Source of the DNA: Octopus sinensis | Taxonomy: Eukaryota | Assembly (NCBI RefSeq): GCF_006345805.1 | Contig: NC_043001.1 | Location: 34,286,001-34,350,000 of the forward strand | Reading direction: 5' to 3' | Length of the DNA stretch: 64,000 nt | Shown: in pieces, positions 37,621 through 48,898 of the stretch | How positions within the stretch are numbered: the first letter of the stretch is position 1 | How the letters are laid out: every line of letters begins with the position of its first letter | Position numbers and translations under genes: made by a program | Notes under the pieces: model-generated | What the model was told of the DNA's origin: nothing | Databases searched by the model: none | What the model saw: only the letters and a program-made list of their open reading frames with translations

Positions 37621-37637
37621 AGTTCACCGACTCTCTC

Positions 37638-39345
37638 TTTCTTTATTTTGGCGCTGCGGCTATTCACACAGAGGAGACAGCACAAGGACAGACACAACAC
37701 CGCAGTAGGGACAAAAAACATAAAACAAATGGAAAATGAAAAAAAAAATGTATAATGAAATCGATGATAATGAAATGGCTGCATTGAGCCTCACTCTCAA
37801 GCAGTACCATTTAACTGTTAATTTATAAAATTTTTTAAAGTTCTTTTTTTCTCCTTTTTCCAATTTTTTCAAAATCTATTTCTCTTTTTTTACTTTTAAA
37901 TGACACCTCTGTTACCATTCACTAAGGGTATTAATTCTTCATATTTAACTACTTTTGGTAGTTCTCCAAATTCAATCTCTTCTTCGAAAGGGTTCACCTC
38001 ATCTCCAAATAATTCTTTCAATCTTCTAAACCTTTCCTTGTCAATCACCACACCTTTGGTATGTTTCGGGTAACTTTTTGTTGGCAGTTTAATCCTTATG
38101 GCACCTTTAAACTTCGTTATTTTCCGCTCTATGACGGTGCTTTTCACATATGTGACTACATGCTACTTTTTCTCATTCCCATTTACTTGTTTAAACTCCG
38201 GACCTGGACCGTCCGGGTTAGTCGTTTCCCTTGGTTCCTCCGTTTGTACATCAGAATAATCATCCACGATTATGTCTTCCACCCTATGTTGCGATACCTC
38301 TGCTGGTATATCTGACCAATTCCTTGGCACCTCCTCCATTTTCTCCTCTGCTTCCGTCATTCTTTTTTAGCTCTTTGGCGGAGAGTTCACCCGCTCTTCC
38401 CTCTTTCACCTATTTACGACAGTAAATGGCTCCTCTTTATTTTCCTTTATTTTAGGCCCCTCCTCTTCGGCGGGTTGTCCTTTATATTGTTGTTCCTCTA
38501 CTTTACTTTCTTGCTGGGAGCACCTTGCTTTCATGTGCCCTCTTTGTTTACATAGAAAACATGTTGGAGGTCTTCCCTCCACCACCACTCTTAACGTAAT
38601 GTCTTCTGGTAGAAGAATCTCTTCTACAATTCCGTGTAGAATCGCCATTTCTAGGCCATAGCCCCATCGATTAACTTTCTTCGTTCTGGTTATCTTCAGA
38701 ATCCTTGCATCTTCCTCCATTCTGTACATGATTGTTGCCACCACCCATGCCTCTTCGATCTCGGGGGGCACTCTGCCGACTCTCACTCTGGCAACAGGTT
38801 TGCCATAGTACGTCGGCAGCAGCACCCACTCTTGTGTCCTTATCGGCTCAGTGGAGTGGTTAATAGCATCCTCCTCGCTGGAAAACCTAACCTCTACTAT
38901 GCCGTATTTACTTCCACATGTATAGAAGTTGATTAGTCCTTTCACGTCACGTAGACATTTTTCAAGTGCCTCTATTGGGACAATCTCTATTTTTTGGTAG
39001 CGGTTGATAACGTCCTGTACACGACCGTTTTCCTTGCTACATTCTTTGTCACTTCTTCTGGTAGGGTCAGCTTTAAAATTTTGTAACAATTTGTCTCCTT
39101 TTTTCCATTCCTTTGTGTCTATTTTTATTTTGCGAACTTCTAGGGTGTTGGTCGCAATGTCTTTTGTAGTTGCGGATGCATAACTTGCGACACGCTCCAT
39201 TTCACCTCCTTTCACCCATAACTGGTAGAGAAACAATCTCCAAAACAGGCAAAACAGCGACAGAATTCAACAATTTAACAATTTAACGAATCTTGATTCA
39301 CCCGTGCGGGGAGACCTACAACACCAACAACCTAAAAATTGCGAG
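37638..39345 (-). mobile_element. ORF1-only non-autonomous non-LTR retroelement (half-L1/Tx1-like), ~1.7 kb
   Basis: Single ORF1-type frame, ~258-nt T-rich 3'UTR ending aataaagaaa, and no ORF2 sequence. Confidence 0.72.
37896..39200 (-). pseudogene. L1/Tx1-type ORF1 protein (RRM-like segments plus CCHC zinc knuckle), 434 codons, 3 in-frame stops, no frameshift
   Basis: The track ORFs 38406-39236, 38163-38360 and 37896-38147 are all one frame, interrupted by TGA, TAA and TAG. VVVEGRPPT-CFLCKQRGHMKARC is C-x2-C-x4-H-x4-C. YGIVEVRF and VRVGRVPPEI are RRM-like. Confidence 0.85.
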
Positions 39346-39863
39346 GCGATTCTCTCCACACTCTCTACGCATGTCCATTTATATTGTGGCATGATCCATT
39401 AGGAGCCAACCAAATAGGGGTGTGCTACTTCCACACAACAATTTGTTTCACTTACCCTTCAAAGCTGTGCCACAACATAGCTGTAGTCCAGCGTCTGAAA
39501 CAAGTAAAAAACAATATACATACATACATACATACATACATACATACTACATACATATACATATATACGGAAATAAAGTCACAGGAAAACTGCCACATAT
39601 CTACTGAAATGCCATTAATAATAACTAAAATAATTAAATATTTGAAGTTGCATGTTATCTGATAATATATTACTTGCACACAATGGCAACTCAATTTATA
39701 TAATTGCATGATATACGTATGTGGAAATATCAATCGTGTTCGACATTATATGTGTGTGTGTGTATATGTTTAGATATATGTGTGTATATATATATATGTA
39801 TATATGTAAATATGTATTTATGTATATATATATATCTATCTATGTATATATACATAATCTATG

Positions 39864-39895
<32 letters not shown>

Positions 39896-39953
39896 CATAT
39901 ATATATGTACATATAGACATGGTCTGGACCAATCTTTGGTCGAAACACATCTA

Positions 39954-40010
<57 letters not shown>

Positions 40011-40726
40011 ATATGTATATGCTTGTGTGTGTATGTATGTATCCATATATGTATGGTGCATTTCCCTTACTGTGTTTGCTTTATCACTGGCCAAGACACA
40101 ACAGACACACCAGTGTGGTTTATGTTCTGTAAGTAAATGGTTCGAAAAATTGAAACCAATAAAACAAACACATGGCTAAAAATAAGTACCGGCGTCAATA
40201 TGATTCAACTAATGAAAGAATATTTGAGATGCTGCTCCAGTATGGCAGCAGTCCAATGATCAAAACCAGCAAAAGAAGAATAAGAAAGAATGGCGTGTTT
40301 CTGCGCAGTTTCGTTTTCTCAGATTTGACCCAACTGGTCTTCACCAACCCTGTGCTACAGTACAAACCGTGTCGTGTGATTTAACCCAGCACAACGTTAG
40401 TTAACAAAGCTATCTTCTGAACCAGACGGCTACATCATAACTGTAAGATGTAATATCTATCTTATAATTATTTAAGACCGATGATAAATCAAATATCCAA
40501 CAGTAATCGATAAGCCATAAAACCATACATAACCGGATATCTTGCAGCTTATAAAACCACACACAAGCAGTAATATAGTATGAACTATATTATATTTACC
40601 CCTCCGCTCTCGCGTATTCTGCGATATCCAATAGCTACAAAGTACACAAGCACGTACGCACGCAAGCAAATATACGCATACATACATACATACATACATA
40701 CATACATACATACATACATACATACA

Positions 40727-40757
<31 letters not shown>

Positions 40758-41434
40758 TTACCCATACGCAGACATATATACATATACGCCCAAATTCGCG
40801 AGCATATGAACCTGATACTGCATAGGAACCAATTACGTATGCGGTTCACTTTCATAGCATGATGCCGTCATATTTCTTTATCGAGTCCTTGGAAGATTTA
40901 TCTCGTTGTTTCGTTTATAATTTTTTGCTTTTATTTCCATAGTGTTGTTTATTTTCACAGACTTTTTTTCTCTCTGTGTCCTCAACTCCAGCTATATCCT
41001 ACCACCAACATAATAAAGTATTAAATTCTTTGTTTTATAAGTTGTCTATTTACAGAGTCTTCTATTTCTCAATATTTATTCTTTATTTAAAAAAAAAAAT
41101 TTCATTATAAAATATTACTTCCTTTTTTTGTTTTGTTTAACTTTCATATGTGTTAAAAAAGGAAAAAGCACGAATTACTGTTTTACTATGCAACGCTAGT
41201 CTATGAAAACCGATATGAACCAACAAGGAAGGGTTCTACATGGTTTTCAGACATGCTAGAAATACTAATCAAAATCTCCAGTGCCTTGCGGCATTAATTC
41301 CGTCTGTCTAGGTTTTGAGGTTTCATCAATCTGAAATCGACCTTGTCATTGATTCCCACATCGCCGTTTCATGGATCGCTAAAAATAAGTCGATTCGCCT
41401 AAAGACATGTGTTCCAAATAAGAATTAGTCATTA

Positions 41435-42055
41435 ATAATCTTTTCTACTAAAGGCACAAGGCCTGAAATTTAGAAGGAGGGGACTAATCGATTACATCGA
41501 CCCCAGTGTTTCACTGGTGTTTAATTTATCGACACTGAAAGGATGAAAGGAAAGGCAAATTCGACCTCGGTGGGATTTGAACCCAGAACGTAGCGGCAGA
41601 CGGAAATGCCAAATGGCATTTCGCCCAGCGTGCTAACGATTCTTATTTCTTTATTGCCCACAAGGCGCTAAACATAGAGGGCACAAACAAATACAGACAA
41701 AGAGATTAAGTCGATTACATTGACCCCAGTGCGCAACTGCTACTTAATTTATCGACCCCGAAGAAATGAAAGGCAAAGTCGACCTCGGCAGAATTTGAAC
41801 TCAGAATGTAACGGCAGACGAAATACCTATTTCTTTACTACCCACAAGGGGCTAAACACAGAGAGGACAAACAAGGACAGACAAACGGGCTAAGTCGATT
41901 ATATCGACCTCCAGTGCATAACTAGTACTTATTTAATCGACTCCGAAAGGATGAAAGGCAAAGTCGACCTCGGCGGAATTTGAACTCAGTACGTAGCGGC
42001 AGACGAAATACCGCTAAGCTTTTCGCCCGGCGTGCTAACGATTCTGCCAGCTGCC
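41435..42055 (-). mobile_element. SINE family A trimer (type-1/type-1 dimer joined to a type-2-tailed copy)
   Basis: Three cores. The junction gggtagtaaagaaatag|gtatttcgtctgcc is identical to that at ~42990. Confidence 0.88.
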
Positions 42056-42059
42056 TTAA

Positions 42060-42305
42060 GGCTGCATGTTGTGTTCTTAAGCAAGACACTTTATTTCACC
42101 TTGCTCCAGTTCACTTATCTGTAAAAATGAGTTGAGGTGTCACTAGAGCCAAGCTGTATCGACCTTTACCTTTCCCTGGGATAACATCGGTGGCGTGCAG
42201 AAGGAAGGCTGGTATGCCTGGCAACTGTTGGTCTTCCATAAACAACCGTGCCCGGAGGGTAACTTTCTAGGCGCAATACCATGGTCATTCATGACCTAAA
42301 GGGGA
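42060..42305 (+). mobile_element. SINE family C module 3, head missing
   Basis: gttcttaagcaagacactttatttcacc...ggtcttccataaacaacc. Confidence 0.8.
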
Positions 42306-42404
42306 CTTTTTTTTCCCAGAATGAAGGAGACAGCTGTAACAGCACTTGACGTACTCCCTACTAAATACAGCTTGTCACAGCTGACTAGTTTTCAGAATGT
42401 AGTC

Positions 42405-43700
42405 GAGACATGAAGACAATTTAGAAGCTCACTATGCATTAAAGTTTTCTGTTAAGCTAGGGAAAAAAACGCTACTGAAACATAGAAACTTATGAAATGC
42501 TCCAGATTGCTTATATAATAACTTCTGTGAGCCGAGTATCTGTTTTTCGGTGCCACAAGCGGTTCAAGGATAGTAGAGAGGGGGTGAGAGAAAAAGGGAG
42601 GTGTGGGAGGGAGAGGAACATCAGAACATCGGAGCTTGTTGGGAAAATTCACAATTATTTGGATGGAAAACCTTCATGTCCTTATAAAGACAATAACATA
42701 CAGTTTGGAGTTGGTGTAACCACTGTATACAGAATTATTTATGAAGAATTATTTAAGACGGCGAGCTGGCTGAAACGTTAGCACGCCGGGCGAAACGCGT
42801 AGCTGTATTTCGTCTGCCGCTACGTTCTGAGTTCAAATTCCGCAGAGGTCGACTTTGCCTTTCATCCTTTCGGGGTCGATTAAATAAGTACCAGTTACGC
42901 ACTGGGGTGTATATACTCGATTTAATCCGTTTTTTTCTGTCCTTGTTTGTCCTCTCTGTGTTTAGCCCCTTGTGGGTAGTAAAGAAATAGGTATTTCGTC
43001 TGCCGCTACGTTCTGAGTTCAAATTCCGCCGAGGTCGACTTTGCCTTTCATCCTTTCGGGGTCGATTAAATAAGTACCAGTTACGCACTGGGGTCGATAT
43101 AATCGACTTAATCCGTTTGCTTGTCCCTTTTATGTTTAGCCCCTTGTCGACAATAAAGAAATAAGAATTATTTATGAAGACATAAACATGCGGAAATTTG
43201 CGCAAAGTTTGTTGCCAAGGTATTCACCAACGAACAGAAAGAAAGACGTGTCGGTGATACAGATAGTTTTGAGCTCATCACCTTCAATACAAGAGTAGTT
43301 GAGCTTCTGGTTAGCTGGATTTATTGCGACGATCTGTTAAGATCCAAAGACTCTAGAGTACTCAATGGAAGCATCCTGGCTACTCCAGACCAAAGACGAT
43401 GCAAAACAAGTACTCCTGGAAGCCCATGATCATCCTCTTTTTTTTTTTGACAATAAAGGGGGCATTATATGCACCTACTGAGATTTTCTCTGGCCAGATG
43501 GTCAACAAAGATCACTTTATTGAGATTTTGAGGGAGATCAGGTAGAGATTTTGTTACAAAAGTCCAGAGCACCTCCACTCGGGCCGGTAGCACACGCACC
43601 AGGACAATGCACCTGCCTGCAATTCCGTCCTGGTAACCAAAAACTTGACAGATACGGGATTCAAATCCTCGTTCTAGAATACTGAACTTTAATAGCAGTA
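42405..43700 (+). pseudogene. Decayed mariner transposase interrupted by a SINE-A dimer
   Basis: YALKFSVKLGKNATE, SVFRCHKRFK, GVGVTTVYRIIYEDINMRK (restored across the insertion), FFDNKG, GQMVNKDHFIEIL, HQDNAPA. Confidence 0.85.
42748..43163 (+). mobile_element. SINE family A dimer with 17-bp TSD
   Basis: TSD agaattatttatgaaga at 42731-42747 and 43164-43180. Confidence 0.93.
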
Positions 43701-43879
43701 AAGACTCAGATTTTGAGCAAACTGTAGAAGCCATTATATCGACTTTGTTACGTATAGGTTGACTTATTTTAACAAAATCGGAAAAATTGTTCAAAAGACA
43801 AAGTATCTATCCTTTTCTGTTATATAGTTCATTTGTCATTTTGTCTCATTGCTTTGATGATTGGATACCTGCTCGTCCA

Positions 43880-44420
43880 TCGATTGATCCATCACTCCAT
43901 ACATTTACCATCCATCCATCCATTCATGCATCACTCCATCCATTCATCCAACCATCCATCCACCCATCCATCCATTCATCCATCCATCCATCCACCCACC
44001 CATCCATCCATCCACACATCCATCCATCCATCCATCCATCCATCCATCAATCCATCCATCCATCCATCCATCAATCCATCCATCCAACCATCCATCCACC
44101 CATCCATCCATCCACACATCCATCCATCCATCCACCCACCCATCCATCCATCCATCCATCCACCAACCCATCGATCCATCCATCGATCGATCCATCGATC
44201 CATCGATCCATCCACCAACCATCCATCCATCCATCCATCCATCCATCCATCAATCCACCCCACCCATCCATCCATCCATCCACACATCCATCCATCCACC
44301 CATCCATCAATCCACTCACCCATCCATCCATCCATCCATCCATCCATCCATCCATTCCATCCATCCATCCATCCATGCATCACTCCATCCATTCATCAAT
44401 CCATCCATCCATCAACCCAT
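43880..44420. repeat. (CCAT)n degenerate satellite
   Basis: Direct. Confidence 0.95.
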
Positions 44421-44625
44421 CACTCCAGTTATCTTCAACACTATTTACCCATCATTCTTTCACTTTTTATTTACAAACGTCACTTTGTTTATTTGTTTGT
44501 CTATCTGTTGCTTTATTTATCACTTTGTGTCACTCTACTCATCATTCTTTCTTCCTCTCAATCAACATCTGTCACTCTCCCTCTATCTTCACATGCGTAC
44601 ATACACACACATCTATCTATCTATC

Positions 44626-44694
<69 letters not shown>

Positions 44695-44697
<3 letters not shown>

Positions 44698-44852
44698 TTT
44701 TTCTTTGTTCACGATCCCTTTTGATCGGAATTCGACCCACTTTTATCTTCCTTTCTTTCTTTTTCTTTTTTCCTTCTCTTCTTCCCAAAAAGAAAAGCTC
44801 TGCTTTGTATTTTGTCCCTTCTGTGTTCAGCCCTTCGTGGCCAATAAAGAAA
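44695..44852 (+). mobile_element. Tail-only retro-insertion within (TATC)n
   Basis: cacgatcccttttgatcgga...caaaaagaaaagctct...tgtcccttctgtgttcagcccttcgtggccaataaagaaa. Confidence 0.75.
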
Positions 44853-44939
44853 CATATCTATCTATCTACCTATCTATCAGTCTGTCTGCCTGTATGTACG
44901 TCTATCTGCCTGTCTGCGAATCTGTCTGTCCGGCCCTCC

Positions 44940-45024
<85 letters not shown>

Positions 45025-45025
<1 letters not shown>

Positions 45026-45193
45026 TTTATTTTTTTTTTCTTTTCTTCCCTTTTACGATCCCTCTTGATCGAAAACCTACGCCACCCCCTTTTTTTGTTT
45101 CTTTTGTTTTTTGTTTTTTTCATCCCCCAAAAGAAAAGCTCTACCTTGTAACTTGTCCCATCTGTGTGCAGCCCTGTGTGACCAATAAAGAAA
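45025..45193 (+). mobile_element. Second, diverged tail-only retro-insertion within (TATC)n
   Basis: tacgatccctcttgatcgaa...caaaagaaaagctct...tgtcccatctgtgtgcagccctgtgtgaccaataaagaaa. Confidence 0.75.
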
Positions 45194-45639
45194 CTTATCA
45201 ATCTATCTATCCATCCAGCTATCTCTCTATCTAATTTCTTGCTTACTTGTCAATGACTCTATCCATCTCTCTTTCTGACTCCCTGTCTATGCGCATGTCT
45301 TTCTGTCAGCATGTCTGGCAGCCTGCATGTCTATCTGTCAACCCCCTCAGTCACGTATTTCAGACTATATTTATTGATCTCTAATTGGCATCTCCGATGA
45401 TCAAAACAACATGTCTACAAACCAAACAGCAGGGGACGAAATCTATCTGAATAAACGTGATACATGGCGGGTAATTCTGCCAGGACCAGGGTGTGCGTGC
45501 GCGTTTGTTTAGTGGACCCTAATTAGGATATAACAGCTGTCTCGGCACAGACTTTTATTATTGTCTGCGAGATATGTTTTCATTTTAAACACACACAAAC
45601 ATGCGCACAAGCAGAAGAAGCAAATTTGCAGATGGATCT

Positions 45640-45864
45640 ATACAACCACACGCACACACACACGTACATACATACATACAATGATACGAACGCATGTACG
45701 TATGCATGTATGCATGCATATATGTTGGTATGTACGTATGTATGCATGTGTGTGTGAGTGTGTAGGTGTGTGTGATGTATATATATATAATATATATATA
45801 TATATATTATATGTATTTATATATGGATATATATATATATAATATATATATTATATATATATAT

Positions 45865-45897
<33 letters not shown>

Positions 45898-46146
45898 CAG
45901 ATCAGAAACAGCCGTATGTGTTATATTCATCGACATGCTTTTAAGAAACAACAAGGCACACATACATGCATACATGCATACATACATACATACGTACATA
46001 CATACATACATACATAGGTACATACATACATACATACATACATACATACATACATACATACATACATACATACATAAATACATGTATATATATGTATGTA
46101 TATATGTGTATATATATATATACGTATGTTTGTATGCATGTTTGTG

Positions 46147-46200
<54 letters not shown>

Positions 46201-46439
46201 CACTTGCGTATGAAAATAAATAAACATGCAAACACAGATATATTTGAAGCGCCAGTGTATTTGTTTTATATAGTGGCACGTGTTATAAGTATGGATGACC
46301 AAGCAGGGAGATAATAGAGGCACACACACATCACACACACACACAGATGTATGTATATAAATATACATGTATATATAAATATATCTATATCTATATATGT
46401 ATATATATAGATATATATATATATATATATATATACATA

Positions 46440-46472
<33 letters not shown>

Positions 46473-46542
46473 GCGCATATATATATACATACATGGATAT
46501 ATGTATGTATAAGCATATACATAGCTATGTATGTATACATAT

Positions 46543-46579
<37 letters not shown>

Positions 46580-46830
46580 CACACACACATACATATATGT
46601 ATGCACACATATATGAATATGCATGAATGTGTGCATATACATACACATATATACGTGCATGATTAAGTATATGTATGCATGTATATATATACATATATAT
46701 ATATATATATGTATGTATATATATATATATATGTGTGTGTGCGTGTCTGTATGTGTGTATACACGTAGACACAAACGCACACCCACATATACACGTACAC
46801 ATATATGTATACACATGTACACACACATAT
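45640..46830. repeat. Compound (TA)/(CATA)/(TG) microsatellite field
   Basis: Direct. Confidence 0.9.
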
Positions 46831-47204
46831 GATGACCGTCTACTCGTTGAACACGCACGATCATCAGTGACAATTAGTTAAAAATATTCATTTGTTATTG
46901 TGTCCTTGTGTCCCGCTGATATTAGTGAGTTCTGCTATTGTCCTGCAGTTTTTATTTCAAACAAGACACGCGCGATTTATACTTTGCTTTGATGTATCTC
47001 GTTCCATTGTCGCTATGAATTTCAGAATGGTGAGTGAGAGATCATTTATTCTTGGCATACCTTTTCACATTCCTCACGTATGAGAGTCTCGTCATGTGTA
47101 CATAAATCATTAATGAAACACTGCGCTGAGTCTCTCACTACATGGCTCCACGTATGAATTTAATGATCGGCTCGCGAGAAACAAATGCTGTATTCTGTTA
47201 TTCC

Positions 47205-47690
47205 GTTAATCTGTTATTCTGCTATTTCTTTTACTTGTTTCGGTTATTTGTCTGCGGCCATGCTGGAGTATCCCCTGGAAAGGTATTTTTGTTCTAGTCG
47301 AACAAATCGACCTCAGGACTTATTCTTTGTAAGCCTAGTACTTATTCTATTGTTCTCTTTCGCCGAAACGGTATGTTACGGGGACATAAACACACCAACA
47401 CCAGTTGTCAAGCGGTGAAGTAGACACACGCACACACACACAACACACACACACACTTACACACACACACACACTTACACACACACACACACACACACTT
47501 ACACACACACACACATACACACACACACACACACAGGACGGGCTTCTTTCAGTTTCCGTTACCAAATCCACTCACAAGACTCTGTTCGGCCCGAAGCCAC
47601 CGTAGAAGACACTTGCCCAAGGTGCTACACAGTTGGACTGAACCCGGAACCACGTGGTTGGGAAGCAAGCTTCTTACCACACATCCACGA
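47205..47690 (-). mobile_element. SINE family B with expanded central (CA)n
   Basis: Head at ~47690, tail at ~47225. Confidence 0.85.
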
Positions 47691-47699
47691 CCTAGATTA

Positions 47700-47942
47700 C
47701 TTTTAAAGCTTAGCCAGGCTCATGGGCCCGGTTTCCCGGTTTCAATGGCGTATATGTTCCCCAGCTGGACGGGACGCCAGTCCATCGCAGCGTTACTCAT
47801 TTTTGCCAGCTGAGTGGACTGGAGCAACGTGAAATGAAGTGTTTTGCTCAAGAACACAACGAATCGCACGGTCCAGGAATCGAAACCACAATCTTACGAT
47901 CATGATACTGACACCCTAACCTCTAAGCCATGCGCCTCCACA
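47700..47942 (-). mobile_element. SINE family C, 3' module 1, full length
   Basis: Reverse complement of ggaggcgcatggcttagaggttagggtgtcag...gcgatggactggcgtcccgtccagctgggg...gggcccatgagcctggctaagctttaaaag. Confidence 0.9.
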
Positions 47943-48293
47943 TAGATTACAATTATAACGAAGTGAATTTTCCTCCTTAATGTTTCTCTTTATTGCTGCT
48001 TTTCTAATCGTATCATGCCGTTAATTTTCGTCCTCAAATGCAGCTGAGCTCAAAGTTCTTGAGCCTCTCCAGTTTGGCTTTTGACAAACACAAGACTTCT
48101 GACTCGTTTTGAGATATTGAAAGTTGTCAGTGAAATACAAACACAATCCTTAAAATGTAATTTAAACTTGCTGAGCGGGCGTTTCCTTTCTTATGTCTTC
48201 CCTGTTGTGATGCATCTGTGTGTGTGTATGCGTGAGTGCGTATATGTGTGTGAGTGTATGTGTGTGTGTGACTGTATGTGTGTATGTGTGTGA

Positions 48294-48356
<63 letters not shown>

Positions 48357-48399
48357 CGAGTGAATATGGATATAATATATAGATATAATGTGACCACAC

Positions 48400-48615
48400 A
48401 GTATGCTAGAGCAAGCAGTCAAATTTCACTCAGACCTCATCTTACTGTCTTAGCATGTAGTGTCTTGATCTGGTAGAAATAGTAGTCAAATCTCAATTCA
48501 AACTACACCTTACTGTCTTCGTGAGCCAATGAGGGAGCCTCTACATAGTCACTTGACCTATTAGAAACATCAGGCAAATGTCATTCTAACCATACCTTAT
48601 TGTCTTAGCAAGTTG
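48400..48615. repeat. Degenerate tandem repeat (tagaaatagcagccaaat...ccttactgtctt-type unit), ~3-4 copies
   Basis: The motif recurs at ~48405, ~48470 and ~48560, with dispersed partial matches at ~7530 (reverse complement) and ~48780. Confidence 0.55.
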
Positions 48616-48898
48616 TTGTCACCTGTTTGAAATCGTATCTGGACAGTGACCTCATTACCCCCCACCCACAGGACAATTCTACCCAATATATTAAGAAGTT
48701 TTAAATAATCATCTGTTGTCCTTAGTGGTAATTGTCCTTGGTGGGATTATTCTCCATGGAGAGTAAATGTCCTAGGCTCGTTTGAAATAGCAGCCAAATC
48801 GGTACATAAGTAATGGTATCGATTATACGATTCTTTCTTACCTCTATGCTAGAAAGCTAGTTTTCCGTAGAGCAATGAGACTGATAAGTGCCAATGTA

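Noticed and set aside
43465-43794. 109-aa minus-strand ORF
   Set aside because: Antisense to the decayed mariner transposase on the plus strand.
43787-45151. 454-aa and 411-aa ORFs (HPSI repeats)
   Set aside because: Translations of (CCAT)n, (TATC)n and tail-only insertions; no coding signature.
46900-47180. Short open frames resembling a hAT transposase
   Set aside because: No diagnostic motif retained.
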